Of a stretch of 64,000 nucleotides of DNA, positions 42,707-52,999 are shown piece after piece. The notes below the pieces were generated by a model. That model ran no database searches and was not told the origin of the DNA. It was given only the letters and a program-made list of their open reading frames with translations. Position numbers and translations under genes: made by a program. Origin of the DNA: an uncultured delta proteobacterium (GTDB lineage: Bacteria > Myxococcota_A > Polyangia > Fen-1088); the NCBI GenBank assembly GCA_963767925.1, contig CAVYGB010000008.1:1888001-1952000 (forward strand), written 5' to 3'. Positions within the stretch are counted from its first letter, which is position 1. The number at the start of each line of letters is the position of its first letter.

Positions 42707-43731
42707 GGCTTCACCTCCGCGGTCTCCGTCGCCTTGCCCAGGGAAAACAGGGGCAGCAGACCTTTTGTCTGCTCGTCGAGCACCAGCTTGTGACCGGCCT
42801 TGGGCAACACCACCGACATGGTCTCGAGGTGCAAGCGGGTGCGGGTCACCTCGGGAGCCTTGCGGTACTCCTCCTGCAGCGCCAGGAACCGCTGGGCGTC
42901 GCCCTTGGCCCGGTTGACCCGGTCGATGGCGTAGCCCTCGGCGCCCTCGAGGAGCTGCTCGGCGCTGCCCCGGGCTCGCGGGATCTCCTGGTTGTACTCC
43001 GACCAGGCCTCGTTGATGGCCCGTTCGCGCTCCTGGATGGCCTGGTTGACCTCGTTGAAGGAGGCCTTCACCGCCTCGGGCGGATCCACGTCCTGCAACA
43101 CGAGCTGTTGCACGGTGATGCCGTTGTCGTAGAGCTTGCACATCTCGGCCAGCATCTCCTTGGCCCGGGTGGCGATCGCCTCCCGGCCCACCGTCAACAG
43201 CTCGGTCACGCTGTGGTCGCCGACCACCCGCCGCATGGCCGCCTCGGTCATCATGCGGAAGGTGGCTTCCACGTCGCGCAGCTTGAACAGGTATTTGTAG
43301 GGATCGGAGATCTTGTACTGGACGATCCACTCGACGGTGGCGACGTTGAGATCGCCGGTCAACATCAGCGCCTCGGCCGACGTCTTCTCGTCCTTGCGGA
43401 ACTCAGCCTCCACGCCCGAGCGGATGGTGCGAAAGCCGAACTCCTGCTTGAGCTGGCGCTGCACCGGCACCTTCTGCACCCGCTCGATCCCCAGGGGCAG
43501 CCGCAAGTGCGGTCCGGGGTTGGTGGTGCGGACGAAGCGCGAGAAGCGGGTCACGACCCCGACCTCGTCGGGCTCGACCTGGTAAAAGGTCGTCGCCAGC
43601 ACGAGCAGGAGCAACAGCACGAGCCCGCCCTTCCAGACCAGCGATCGGCGAAGCAGGACCTGCTCCCGCACCTGGAGCATCATCCGTCGCAGATCATCCG
43701 GCGAGCTCCAATCGAACTCATTTCCCGACAT
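42703..43731 (-). CDS. hflK: FtsH protease modulator HflK
   Basis: MLTGDLN, VQYKI-x-DP, PP-x-x-VK-x-SF-x-EV, IPRARG, EY-x-KAPEVTR-x-RL. Confidence 0.92.
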   Translation of the reverse strand: MSGNEFDWSSPDDLRRMMLQVREQVLLRRSLVWKGGLVLLLLLVLATTFYQVEPDEVGVVTRFSRFVRTTNPGPHLRLPLGIERVQKVPVQRQLKQEFGFRTIRSGVEAEFRKDEKTSAEALMLTGDLNVATVEWIVQYKISDPYKYLFKLRDVEATFRMMTEAAMRRVVGDHSVTELLTVGREAIATRAKEMLAEMCKLYDNGITVQQLVLQDVDPPEAVKASFNEVNQAIQERERAINEAWSEYNQEIPRARGSAEQLLEGAEGYAIDRVNRAKGDAQRFLALQEEYRKAPEVTRTRLHLETMSVVLPKAGHKLVLDEQTKGLLPLFSLGKATETAEVKP

Positions 43732-43882
43732 GCGCGCAGGCTCCCACGGTTACCCCGCCGAAGCCATGGCAATCGTCCGCGCGCGGCACGCGTGCCTCGG
43801 AGCGCGCCTGAGCGGGAAGAATGTCTGTTCGTTCGGTACTCGGTGGTTGACGGGACCGCCCGCGTAACGAAGTGTTGCCACC

Positions 43883-44167
43883 ATGACAAACGAGGAGTCG
43901 GGGACGAAGATGATGCAGGAGGACTGGATACCCTCCGGGCAAGAGATGTGGCAGTTCCAGACCGCCGACGGCTACGTCGGAAATGCCTACTGGAAGGCAG
44001 CCGGCGCGGCCATCGCGGTCACCCGACCGGACGGCAGCGACCTGGTCAAGAAGGTCTGGCGGGCGCGGGAGATCTTCCCTGCGGCCTGGCCGGGCATGTT
44101 CGCCTGGCTCAAGGTGCACGTCCGCGAGCAAATCTCCGCGGACCGGGCCAAGCGCGAGCAGAGCTAG
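43883..44167 (+). CDS. Small hypothetical protein
   Basis: Clean intergenic ORF with high GC3, Trp-rich. Confidence 0.55.
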   Translation: MTNEESGTKMMQEDWIPSGQEMWQFQTADGYVGNAYWKAAGAAIAVTRPDGSDLVKKVWRAREIFPAAWPGMFAWLKVHVREQISADRAKREQS

Positions 44168-44200
44168 GACCGTCGGTCGGCGAACCGGCCGGCGGCTGTC

Positions 44201-45574
44201 TCAGCCGAGGCGACGGAGGCGGAGGGACTTGCCCTTGATCTTTCCGCCACGCAGCTTCTCGATGGCGGCGTCGGCGAGCTCCCTCTTGATGGCGACGTAG
44301 GTGCGGGCCGGGAGGACGTCGATCTTCCCCACCGCCTCCCCGGGCAAGCCCACATCGCCGGTCAACGCGCCCAGCACATCCCCCGGGCGCAGCTTGTCCT
44401 GCTTGCCCCGCTCGATGAGGACGGTGACCATGGGTGGCGGGCGCGGAGGCTCGGAGCCCGCCTTGGAATCGAGCTTTCCCCAGCGAAGGGGCCCCTTGCT
44501 TCGACCTTCGATGGCGCTCCAGCGATCGCGCTCCCGGCGGGCGCAGAGACTGAGGGCCAGGCCCTTGCTCCCCGCTCGCCCGGTCCGGCCGATCCGGTGC
44601 ACGTGCACGTCGGGGTCGACCGGCAGCTCCCAGGAAATCACGACGGAGAGGTCCTTGATGTCCAGGCCCCGGGCGGCGATGTCGGTGGCCACCAGCACCG
44701 CGCAGCTCCGGTGGGCGAAGCGCAGGAGGACCTCGTCGCGCTCCCGCTGGTCGAGCTCGCCATGCAGGGCGAGGGCGGAGAAGCCCGCCGCTTGCAGCCC
44801 GGCTGCCACCTCGCGCGTGTCGTTCCGGGTGTGGCAGAAGACCAGCGCCGACTCGGGCGCCCGATCGCGCAGCAAGGTGGTCAGGGCGGCCAGCTTGGCG
44901 GCCGGCTCCACCTCGTAAAAGACCTGCTCGCGCTCGACCTCGCCCGCTTCGAGGTCGACGGTGACCTCGACCGGCTGCCGCTGGAACGTCCGGCTGAGGG
45001 TGCGGACGTCGGCCGGAAAGGTCGCCGAGAACAGGACGGTCTGCCGGTCAGGGGGGGTGTGCGCGGCGACGGCGGCGATGGCGTCGACGAACCCCATGTC
45101 GAGCATCCGATCCGCCTCGTCGAGGACCAGCACCCCCAGCCCATCGAGCTTGACCGTCTCGCGGCGCAGGTGGTCCTGGATGCGGCCCGGGGTGCCCACC
45201 ACCACCTGGGGCGTGCGTTGCAGGGCCGGCCGCTGCGTCCGCAGCGGCACGCCCCCACAGAGGGTGACGACGCGCAGGTTGGGGATGAAGCGCGCCAGCC
45301 GGCGAAGCTCGCTGCTCACCTGGTCGGCCAGCTCCCTGGTGGGGCAGAGCACCAGCGCTTGCACCCGATCCGCGTCGACGTCCAGTCGCGACAGCAGCGC
45401 CAGGCCGAAGGCGAGGGTCTTGCCGCTGCCGGCGCGGGCCTGGGCGATGACGTCTTTGCCCGCGAGCAACGGCGGCAGGGCCTGCTCCTGCACGGGCGTC
45501 ATCTCCGCGAAGCCCAGCACCTCGATCGCCTTCGCCAGCGACGCACTCAGTCCGAAAGCGGTGAAGGCAGTCAT
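44201..45574 (-). CDS. dbpA: ATP-dependent RNA helicase DbpA
   Basis: GSGKT, PTRELADQ, DEAD, SAT, HRIGRTGRAG, C-terminal KLRPGD-x-LGAL. Confidence 0.93.
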   Translation of the reverse strand: MTAFTAFGLSASLAKAIEVLGFAEMTPVQEQALPPLLAGKDVIAQARAGSGKTLAFGLALLSRLDVDADRVQALVLCPTRELADQVSSELRRLARFIPNLRVVTLCGGVPLRTQRPALQRTPQVVVGTPGRIQDHLRRETVKLDGLGVLVLDEADRMLDMGFVDAIAAVAAHTPPDRQTVLFSATFPADVRTLSRTFQRQPVEVTVDLEAGEVEREQVFYEVEPAAKLAALTTLLRDRAPESALVFCHTRNDTREVAAGLQAAGFSALALHGELDQRERDEVLLRFAHRSCAVLVATDIAARGLDIKDLSVVISWELPVDPDVHVHRIGRTGRAGSKGLALSLCARRERDRWSAIEGRSKGPLRWGKLDSKAGSEPPRPPPMVTVLIERGKQDKLRPGDVLGALTGDVGLPGEAVGKIDVLPARTYVAIKRELADAAIEKLRGGKIKGKSLRLRRLG

Positions 45575-45645
45575 GTGCGCACACGTATCACACCCCTCCG
45601 GGGAGCGGGGAACCGCCCCCGGAGGGGTTCCAGCCTCGAACGGGG

Positions 45646-46098
45646 CTAGACGCGGGCGGCACCTACCGGCTGGGCCCCGGGCTCGCGCCGGGTCATTCCG
45701 TCGAGGGAGGCGAGCCCCCCGCCCCGGGCGGCGATGTACAGGAAGACGAAGCAATAGATGGCGGCCAGCTCACCCCGGTTCAGCGTGGGGATCCACATCG
45801 CCCCGGCGAGGGCAAACTTCCAGTGGAACTGGATGTAGGCAACCGCCATCGTCCCCGAGACGAGGAAGGCGGCCGGACGGGTGAAGAGGCCGAGCGCGGC
45901 GAGCGCGCCTCCCAGGAGCTCGATCATCCCCCCGAACCAGAGCTGCGAGCCCACCGCCGGCACGAAGCCGGCGGCTTGCCAGCCGACGACCTTCTGCACG
46001 CCATGGAAGGCCAGCATGGCGCCGGCGACGATCCGCATGGCCGCATAGATGAACGGTTCGGCCCGAGCGGCGAGGGACTTGATGCTTGTGTTGGTCAC
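45646..46098 (-). CDS. DoxX family membrane protein
   Basis: HG-x-QK, GLFTRPAAF-x-x-SG-x-MAVAY, N-x-GE motif. Confidence 0.88.
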   Translation of the reverse strand: MTNTSIKSLAARAEPFIYAAMRIVAGAMLAFHGVQKVVGWQAAGFVPAVGSQLWFGGMIELLGGALAALGLFTRPAAFLVSGTMAVAYIQFHWKFALAGAMWIPTLNRGELAAIYCFVFLYIAARGGGLASLDGMTRREPGAQPVGAARV

Positions 46099-46115
46099 GG
46101 GGGGTTTCCTTTTTC

Positions 46116-46990
46116 TCAATACCGGCGAAAGGTGCCGGCCCGGTAGCGATCGAATGCCTGAACGATGTCCTGGAGGCTGTCCCCGATGAACGGCCCGTGA
46201 GAGACGATGGGGACGTTCTGGCGCTGGCCCGAATAGAAGAGCGCCCGCAGCGGCTCCGGGCCGGCGTTTGCGATCAGCAGGGTGCCCTCGCCGTCTTCGT
46301 CGCCACCTTGCCCGGGGCGATCGAGCCAGCCGACCTGTCCCGTGCGAAGGGGCGTGGCCTCGGCGCCGATGCGGGCCTCTCCTCGCAACGGGTACAGGAA
46401 CCCGTTGTGTGACGGCGATACTGCCTGATCGATGGCGGCGCCAGGTTGAAGGCTGATGTCGGCGAGGGTGATCGGCACCCGGTTCCGGGTCGGTGAACGA
46501 AGCGTGCCGCTCTGACCGCTGTAGAGGCGGACCTCCGCGCCGGGCGCCTGCCGCAGGGGTGCTCCCGCGGCGGGGACGAGCTGATTGTCCGGGTCGGTCC
46601 AGCGGTCGGACGAGGCAAGGTCACCCAGAGCTGCAGGACGCGTAGCCGACCTTCGACCGGTGCGGTCGAGCCGTGCACGATGCCGCTGCCGGTGGTGGTC
46701 CACTCGACATCTCCCGGGGCCAGACGGCCGGAGCCCCCTTCTGCATGGAGCTGACCGTCCACCGGGAAGGCGACGGTCTCGAAGCCGGCGTGGGGGTGGG
46801 GTCCGCCGATCAACTTGCCGTCGATCCGATCGTCCATCAGCAAGATGAAGGGATCGGCGCGGGGCCACTGATCGGGGGTGATCACCTCGACAACCCGATG
46901 GTCGGGGCCGAACTGCCCCGGTTTGGGGGGCGGCTGCGTGACCACCCGCGCGAGCTTGCAGCACTTGATGTCTTGCGTTATTTCCCTCAT
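46116..46990 (-). CDS. Pirin family protein (frameshift near 46615)
   Basis: DPFILL, HPHAGFETV, G-x-GIVH, QLWV-x-LP; C-terminal HGPFI in another frame. Confidence 0.85.
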
Positions 46991-47045
46991 CCTGATTCGC
47001 CGGTCTGGACGTGTCAGACTATGAGGGACTCCTGCTGGACGTTCC

Positions 47046-48104
47046 ATGCCTTCCAGTCCAAAGAATTTGCCTGATCGTCCAGGTCCGCTGGAGGATCCGG
47101 CAACAGACATCCTCGCCGATCTGCTCAGCAGCCTGCGCCTGACGACCCTCGTCTACGGCCGGATGGAGCTGGGCGCCCCGTGGGGCCTGCGCTTCCCCGA
47201 TCAGGTCGACGCCGTCAGCCTGTACGTCATCGCCCGGGGAGGCGCGCAGCTCGTCCTCGAACATCCCCGTCGGGAACAGGCGCCGGCCACGGTGCTGGCG
47301 GCGGGCGACGTCGCCCTCTTGCCCGACGGCGGCAGCCACGTCCTGCGCGACGGCGAGGGCAGTCCCGTGCACGTTCTCGGGGAAGGGGCCTGCCGCCGAT
47401 CCTCGCCGCTGGCAGCGCGACCGATCCACCTGGGGGGCGAGGGTGCGCCCACCACGCTGGTGGCTGGCGCCTTTCACGTGGGGGCCTCCCGGCGAACCCT
47501 CCTGCTGCAATCGTTGCCCCCGATCATCCACATCTCCGCCTCGGATCCGCAGGCCTCGCCCTGGCTGGCGTCGACCGTCCAGCTCCTCATCGGGGAGAGC
47601 GGCGCGCGTTCGCCGGGAGGCACGGTGGTGGTGAGCCGCCTGGTGGACGTGTTGCTGATCCAGGCCCTGCGCACCTTCGTCACGGGCGCCCCGAGCCAGG
47701 ATCACGGCGGGCACCGGCTGTGTGCACTGGCCGATCCCCAGATCGGGCGGGCCCTGCAACAGATTCACGCCCGGCCCGCCGAGGCCTGGACCGTCGAGGG
47801 CCTCGCCGGGGCGGTGGGCCTGTCGCGATCGGGCTTCGCCGCGCGCTTCTCCGAGCTTGTCGGCGAGCCTCCCCTCGAATACGTGGCCCGCTGGCGCATG
47901 ACGAAGGCCGCCGAGCTCCTGCGCGAGAGCGACCTGTCGATGGGCCAGGTCGCCGAGCAGGTCGGCTACCACAGCGAGACCGCCTTCAACCGGGCCTTCA
48001 AGCGCTGGGAAGGGACCGCGCCGGCCAGCTACCGCCGCCAGCAGAGCACGGCCCCGGTCCGGGGCGGGCGGGCCGCGCGAGCTCCTGCCGACCCACCGCG
48101 ATGA
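47046..48104 (+). CDS. AraC family regulator with cupin domain
   Basis: APWGL, GLSRSGFAARF, GY-x-SETAFNRAFKR; divergent from pirin. Confidence 0.93.
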   Translation: MPSSPKNLPDRPGPLEDPATDILADLLSSLRLTTLVYGRMELGAPWGLRFPDQVDAVSLYVIARGGAQLVLEHPRREQAPATVLAAGDVALLPDGGSHVLRDGEGSPVHVLGEGACRRSSPLAARPIHLGGEGAPTTLVAGAFHVGASRRTLLLQSLPPIIHISASDPQASPWLASTVQLLIGESGARSPGGTVVVSRLVDVLLIQALRTFVTGAPSQDHGGHRLCALADPQIGRALQQIHARPAEAWTVEGLAGAVGLSRSGFAARFSELVGEPPLEYVARWRMTKAAELLRESDLSMGQVAEQVGYHSETAFNRAFKRWEGTAPASYRRQQSTAPVRGGRAARAPADPPR

Positions 48105-48201
48105 CCCGGCCACCGGACGGTCGGCAGCGGGATGGCACGGCCAGAGCGGTCGCCCGAAACGGCGCGCGGGCATTGCCCCGGCGACGTGGTACACCGACGG
48201 C

Positions 48202-48990
48202 GTGAGACGCCGCGAAGGCGAGAGCAAGATCTACGGGGTCCACGCCTGCCGGGCGCTGTTCGCCCGGCGGCCGCAGGACATCCTCAAGCTGTTCCTCACC
48301 GAGGAGCGCGCGCGGGAGATGGGCGACCAGCTCCGGTACTGCGCCCAGCAGCGGCGGCCCTACCGCGTCGTCCCCGAGGGGGATCTGGAGAAGCTCACCG
48401 AGAGCCGCCACCACGAGGGGATCTGCATCCTGGCCCGCGACCCCGCGATCCCCGACCTGGCGGAGGTCTTCGGCGATCCGGGGGCGGGCTGCGTGCTGGC
48501 GCTGGTGGACGTCGGTAACCCCCACAACGTGGGGGCCATCCTGCGCAGCGCCGCCCACTTCGGAGCCCGGGCGGTACTGCTGCCGGGTGCGCAGACCCGT
48601 CTGCCGGCGGCCGCCGCCCGCACTGCCCAGGGCGGCGCGGAGTGGCTGGACATCGTCCACGAGCCCGACCTGCAGCGGATCCTCGTGGCGGCGCGGGCCG
48701 GCGGCTTCGCCATCGCCGCCACCGGCAGCCGGGGTGGCCGGGACCTGTACGCCACCGCCCTGCCCCCCCGGCTGTTGCTCCTGATGGGGTCCGAAGAGCG
48801 CGGCCTTCCTCCCGAGATCTTCGCGGCCGCCGAGGAGGTCCTGAGCGTACCCGGCACCGGCAACGTGGAGAGCCTCAACGTCGCCGCGGCCACCGCGGTG
48901 CTGCTCGGCGAGTTCTGGCGGCAGCACCGACGCGCCGGGGCCCCGGCCCGCCCGAAGGCCGGCGGCCGGCGGCCGGTGGCGAGGCGGTGA
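48202..48990 (+). CDS. TrmH/SpoU family RNA methyltransferase
   Basis: NPHNVGAILRS, MGSEERG, ESLNVA SPOUT motifs. Confidence 0.92.
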   Translation: MRRREGESKIYGVHACRALFARRPQDILKLFLTEERAREMGDQLRYCAQQRRPYRVVPEGDLEKLTESRHHEGICILARDPAIPDLAEVFGDPGAGCVLALVDVGNPHNVGAILRSAAHFGARAVLLPGAQTRLPAAAARTAQGGAEWLDIVHEPDLQRILVAARAGGFAIAATGSRGGRDLYATALPPRLLLLMGSEERGLPPEIFAAAEEVLSVPGTGNVESLNVAAATAVLLGEFWRQHRRAGAPARPKAGGRRPVARR

Positions 48991-48997
48991 GCTCCGG

Positions 48998-49696
48998 ATG
49001 ACCCGTCCGGCCCACCACGAACACCATCGTTCCGGCAGGGTCGGCTGGCTGCGGGCCGCCGTGCTCGGCGCCAACGACGGGACCGTCTCCACCGCCGCCC
49101 TCCTCGTCGGCGTCGCCGCCAGCGGCGCCGAGCCCGGCATGGTGCTCACCAGCGGCATCGCCGGCGCGGTGGCCGGTGCCATGTCGATGGCCGCCGGAGA
49201 ATACGTGTCCGTGAAGTCGCAGGCCGACGCGGAGCGAGCCGACCTCGCCATCGAGCGGCGCGAGCTCGCCGAGAGCGCCGACCTGGAGCTGCAGGAGCTG
49301 GCGGCCATCTACCGGCGTCGTGGGCTGTCACAGGAGCTCGCCCAGCGGGTCGCCGAGGAGCTCACGGCGAAAAATGCCCTCGACGCCCACGCCCGGGACG
49401 AGCTGGGCATCACGGAGTCCCGGGCGGCCCGCCCGATCCAGGCAGCCCTGGCGTCGGCGACGTCCTTCGCCGTGGGTTCCCTCCTTCCCCTGGCCGGCGC
49501 GCTGCTGGCCCCGCAGGCCTTGCTGAGAGCGACCGTCATCCTCCTCACGCTGGTCAGCCTCCTCATCACCGGGGGCCTGGCCGCCCGCACCGGAGGCGCT
49601 CCCATCCTCCGCGGCGCCATCCGCCTCGCCTTCTGGGGCTCCCTGGCGATGCTGGCCACCAACCTCGTCGGCCGCCTCTTCAACGCCCCGATCTAG
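48998..49696 (+). CDS. VIT1/CCC1 family Fe/Mn transporter
   Basis: LRAAVLGANDG, SMAAGEYVSV, HARDELG. Confidence 0.93.
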   Translation: MTRPAHHEHHRSGRVGWLRAAVLGANDGTVSTAALLVGVAASGAEPGMVLTSGIAGAVAGAMSMAAGEYVSVKSQADAERADLAIERRELAESADLELQELAAIYRRRGLSQELAQRVAEELTAKNALDAHARDELGITESRAARPIQAALASATSFAVGSLLPLAGALLAPQALLRATVILLTLVSLLITGGLAARTGGAPILRGAIRLAFWGSLAMLATNLVGRLFNAPI

Positions 49697-50000
49697 TGCA
49701 CCGGCTTCGAATCAGCGTCGAAGACGGCGCACGAGCACCTGCGCTGTCGCCAGGGCCGCGGCGCATTGTGAAGGAGCGGAGAGCCGCCTGCTCGAACCGC
49801 TTCGGCCGAGACTTCGCCTCCGAGAGGGCGGTTTTCTTCGAGCAATCCAGGCAAGTATCGCGCCGACGCGTCGCCCTGGGATCCGCGTTCTGGACCGTTG
49901 AGGCTGCCGGCGCCGGTTATCGGAGCCGAAATCGGCGCTCGCCGCTGTACGATTTGTCGTGCCCCGAGGGTCGCGACCGCTCAGGGTTGGCCCCGTGAAC

Positions 50001-50282
50001 ATGGAACCAGGCATCGGTGGGACAGAGTTCATCGACGACCAGAAGCGCTCCCGGGGCATGGCCAGCCTCGTGACCAAGCGCAGCCGTGCTCAGTCGGATC
50101 TGACGGTCATCGATGTGGTGGGCGCCGACGCGCGGCTGACCGCCTTTCTGTCCCAGCTCGTCCGGAGCAGCCTCGTGGTCCAGGAACCAGATGGCGGCAG
50201 CACCCTGTTCAGCTTCCAGTGGGCGTCGGGCTTCGTGAACGGGCCCGACATCCGCATCCAGGGCCTCCTCGAGCGAACCTGA
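50001..50282 (+). CDS. Small hypothetical protein
   Basis: High-GC3 ORF; start uncertain. Confidence 0.4.
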   Translation: MEPGIGGTEFIDDQKRSRGMASLVTKRSRAQSDLTVIDVVGADARLTAFLSQLVRSSLVVQEPDGGSTLFSFQWASGFVNGPDIRIQGLLERT

Positions 50283-50474
50283 TTCACGGGCCGCCGGGCG
50301 CACGACAAGCGAGCTGCTCGCCCCTTGCGCCGGAGTTGGCCGCTGCTGGCTGGACGCTTCGGACGTCCAAGCGCGAAGCTGGCCTTCTCGCCTTCGCCGC
50401 CCACGGTTGGGTAGGTCTTGGCTGGCGTGCGACAGATAACCGGTGACGGAGACCGGGTCAGCCTCACTAACTGA

Positions 50475-51443
50475 GTGATGATCACACGACCGTTGACCGG
50501 GAAGGGCCGCGCCGCGTACGCCTGCATCGTTCTGCTCTGTGGGGCCACGGCGGTCGGTTGCGGGATGGATTCAGACAACGCCGCAGAGGGGCCGCCGCCG
50601 GCCGCAAGCGCCCCCGGCGCGCCCGCGCCCACTGAAGGCGGAGGACGGCCGCCCGCCCCGGAGACAGGGGCCGGTGGTGCGGTCGTGCCGCCTCCCGCAC
50701 CGTCGCCTGCGCCCAGCCCGCCCACGCCGCCCGAGCCCGCGCCTCCAGGGATGGCGCCGCCCAATCCGACCACCCCGCCAACCGGGATCGATCCAGGCAC
50801 GCCGCCGGCGCCGCCCGCCGTCGCCCCGCCACTGACCGGCGCTGCGCCCTACGGCTGCACCGGGTGCACGCGGCTGTTCAACGGCGTGGATCTCGAGGGG
50901 TGGGAGACGGCCCCCGGCGCCTGGGTGGTCCAGAACGGTGTCCTGGCCAGCACCGGCAAGGTGCCCGGCGAGCTCTACACGAAGGAAGATCTCGGCAGCT
51001 ACCGCATCTTCTTCCAGGTTCGCCACGTCAAGGCGATGGGCGGCAAGGACCATCAATCTTGCACCACCCTGTTCGGCAAGCGGCCGGCTGACCCAGCGAG
51101 CGCCCGGTCCGGGATCAGCGGGGCGCAATTTCAGCCCCCCAGCGGCTACTCCTGGGACTACGGCGCCGGCGGCAGCTTCAAGGGGGCTTCGCCCCGTCCG
51201 AAGTTCGACAACAAGCAGTGGCACCAGTGCGAAGTGCTGGTGAAGGAGGCGGGCTCATTCCGCGCGGCCTGCTGCACGATGGGAGAGACGGCCTGCAAGA
51301 CCGTCGAGGTCCTGAGCTGGACGGGCACCGGCCGCAAGCACCCCTTCAACATCCAGATGCACAACGGCGGCCTGTTCGACGAGTACAAGGAGCTCTGGAT
51401 CGAACGCGATCCGACCGTCGACGACCTGCTCTCGAACAAGTAA
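50475..51443 (+). CDS. DUF1080 (3-keto-disaccharide hydrolase-like) lipoprotein with Pro-rich linker
   Basis: AVGC lipobox, LFNG-x-DL-x-GW, W-x-V-x-NG, QMH...YKELWI. Confidence 0.75.
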   Translation: MMITRPLTGKGRAAYACIVLLCGATAVGCGMDSDNAAEGPPPAASAPGAPAPTEGGGRPPAPETGAGGAVVPPPAPSPAPSPPTPPEPAPPGMAPPNPTTPPTGIDPGTPPAPPAVAPPLTGAAPYGCTGCTRLFNGVDLEGWETAPGAWVVQNGVLASTGKVPGELYTKEDLGSYRIFFQVRHVKAMGGKDHQSCTTLFGKRPADPASARSGISGAQFQPPSGYSWDYGAGGSFKGASPRPKFDNKQWHQCEVLVKEAGSFRAACCTMGETACKTVEVLSWTGTGRKHPFNIQMHNGGLFDEYKELWIERDPTVDDLLSNK

Positions 51444-51491
51444 CTGCGGCGGTGGACGGACCACCCTGACCCCGCCTACGCTCCGGCGGGC

Positions 51492-52196
51492 ATGCCCGAA
51501 TCGTTGACCCTGGCCCCGACGCCGTCCCCCCGCACCTTCCGCGCTCCCGACGGATCCCTGCTGACGCCGCCCGCCGACTGGGCCTGTCTTCCCCCCGGGG
51601 ACGCCGGGCTCACCCGGCGGGTGAAGGCGGCCGGGCCGTCCTGGGTCGTGGTGGAGAAGCGCGGACGCAAGATCTTCTCACAGGGTCTCTGGGCCCCGGC
51701 GGTCAACATCGCACAGGCGCGCGCGATCCTGGTCGCCGAACGCGCGACAGACAGCTACGCCAGGCGCCGCGAACAGGACCTGCGCCGGCGTGAAACCCAG
51801 CAGTCCGCCTACGTGGAGCGCTTCGAATCCGAGGTGCTCGCCTTCCTCGACTTCTCCCCCCGCTGGCGCAGCCTGGCCGCCAGCCTGGCCGCGCAGGTCA
51901 CCGCCCTGGCCACGCCCGTGGGCAGCGGCACGGTCGCCCGGACCACACGGATCCCCGTCGACCAGCGGGCCGAAGCCGCCTTGGTGGCCTGGATGCGCCA
52001 CCAGACCACCCTCTACGACCGCCTGAAGATCCCGCGCATCAAAGGCATGCGCCGCCAGGTGCGCCGCGAGCTGGCCTCGATCTCGCGCGTCGTCCTGGAT
52101 CGCCACCGCCTCGACGATGGCCACGACGCCGCCCCCGCCGGCCCCTGCCCCCTCTGCGCGGCCCTGGCCCCGGGAACCCCGGCCCCGGAGCGCTGA
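51492..52196 (+). CDS. DUF2293 domain protein
   Basis: LPPGDAGLTRRVK, PVGSGTVART, AWMRHQTT-x-YD. Confidence 0.8.
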   Translation: MPESLTLAPTPSPRTFRAPDGSLLTPPADWACLPPGDAGLTRRVKAAGPSWVVVEKRGRKIFSQGLWAPAVNIAQARAILVAERATDSYARRREQDLRRRETQQSAYVERFESEVLAFLDFSPRWRSLAASLAAQVTALATPVGSGTVARTTRIPVDQRAEAALVAWMRHQTTLYDRLKIPRIKGMRRQVRRELASISRVVLDRHRLDDGHDAAPAGPCPLCAALAPGTPAPER

Positions 52197-52254
52197 GGTT
52201 CCGGACCTCCTCCGCGCCCGGCCCGCCCTCCGCCAGCGATCGAAATGAGCGGCC

Positions 52255-52908
52255 TCAGCCTTTGTTCGCCCGGACGAACTTCAGGTGCGTGACCCTGGGC
52301 GCGGCCACCGTGCGCACCAGCTCCAGCCCATGCAGATCGCCGCCCAGCCCCGCGAACAGGCGCTCGCCTCCTCCCAGCAGAATGGGCACCAGATTGATCT
52401 CCATCTCGTCGACAAGGCCAGCCGCCAGGTACTGGTTCGCGACGCTGGCGCCGCCCGCCAGCGCGACATCTTTGCCCCCGGCCGCGCGGCGTGCCTGCTC
52501 CAGCACGGACTGGATGCCCTCGCTGACGAAGTGAAAGGTCGTGTCCCCTTCGCAGGTCAGGGGTGCCCGCGCGTGGTGGGTGATCACGAACACCGGGTGG
52601 TGAAACGGCGGGCTGGCTCCCCACCAGCCCGTCCAGGGTTGCTTCACGTCCCAGCCGCCAGGATGCCCGCCGAACATGTTGCGCCCCATGATCGTCGCCC
52701 CGATGTTGGCCGACGACTCGTCGACCACCCCGCTGCTCTCGTTGGTCTCGCCCCCCTCCAGGCCGTGCACGCTGCGCCACTGTTTCAACGGGACCACCCA
52801 CTCGTGCAGGCCTTCGCCCCCCTTCCCCAGCGGATCTTTCACGCTCTGTTCGGGCCCCGCGACAAACCCATCGAGCGACATCGAGATTCGAAACCGCAGC
52901 CTGGACAT
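52255..52908 (-). CDS. Dihydrofolate reductase/RibD C-terminal family protein
   Basis: SMSLDGFVAGP, IMGRNMF, GGA-x-VA-x-QYL-x-AGLVDE, LLGGGERLF. Confidence 0.9.
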   Translation of the reverse strand: MSRLRFRISMSLDGFVAGPEQSVKDPLGKGGEGLHEWVVPLKQWRSVHGLEGGETNESSGVVDESSANIGATIMGRNMFGGHPGGWDVKQPWTGWWGASPPFHHPVFVITHHARAPLTCEGDTTFHFVSEGIQSVLEQARRAAGGKDVALAGGASVANQYLAAGLVDEMEINLVPILLGGGERLFAGLGGDLHGLELVRTVAAPRVTHLKFVRANKG

Positions 52909-52999
52909 GGTCAGCCTCCCTGGCGCCGAAGTGTCTTCCGGCGCTCCTGACCAGGCGACGATCCAACCCGTCCCGGATCGACATGCCAGCGAGGTTTTT

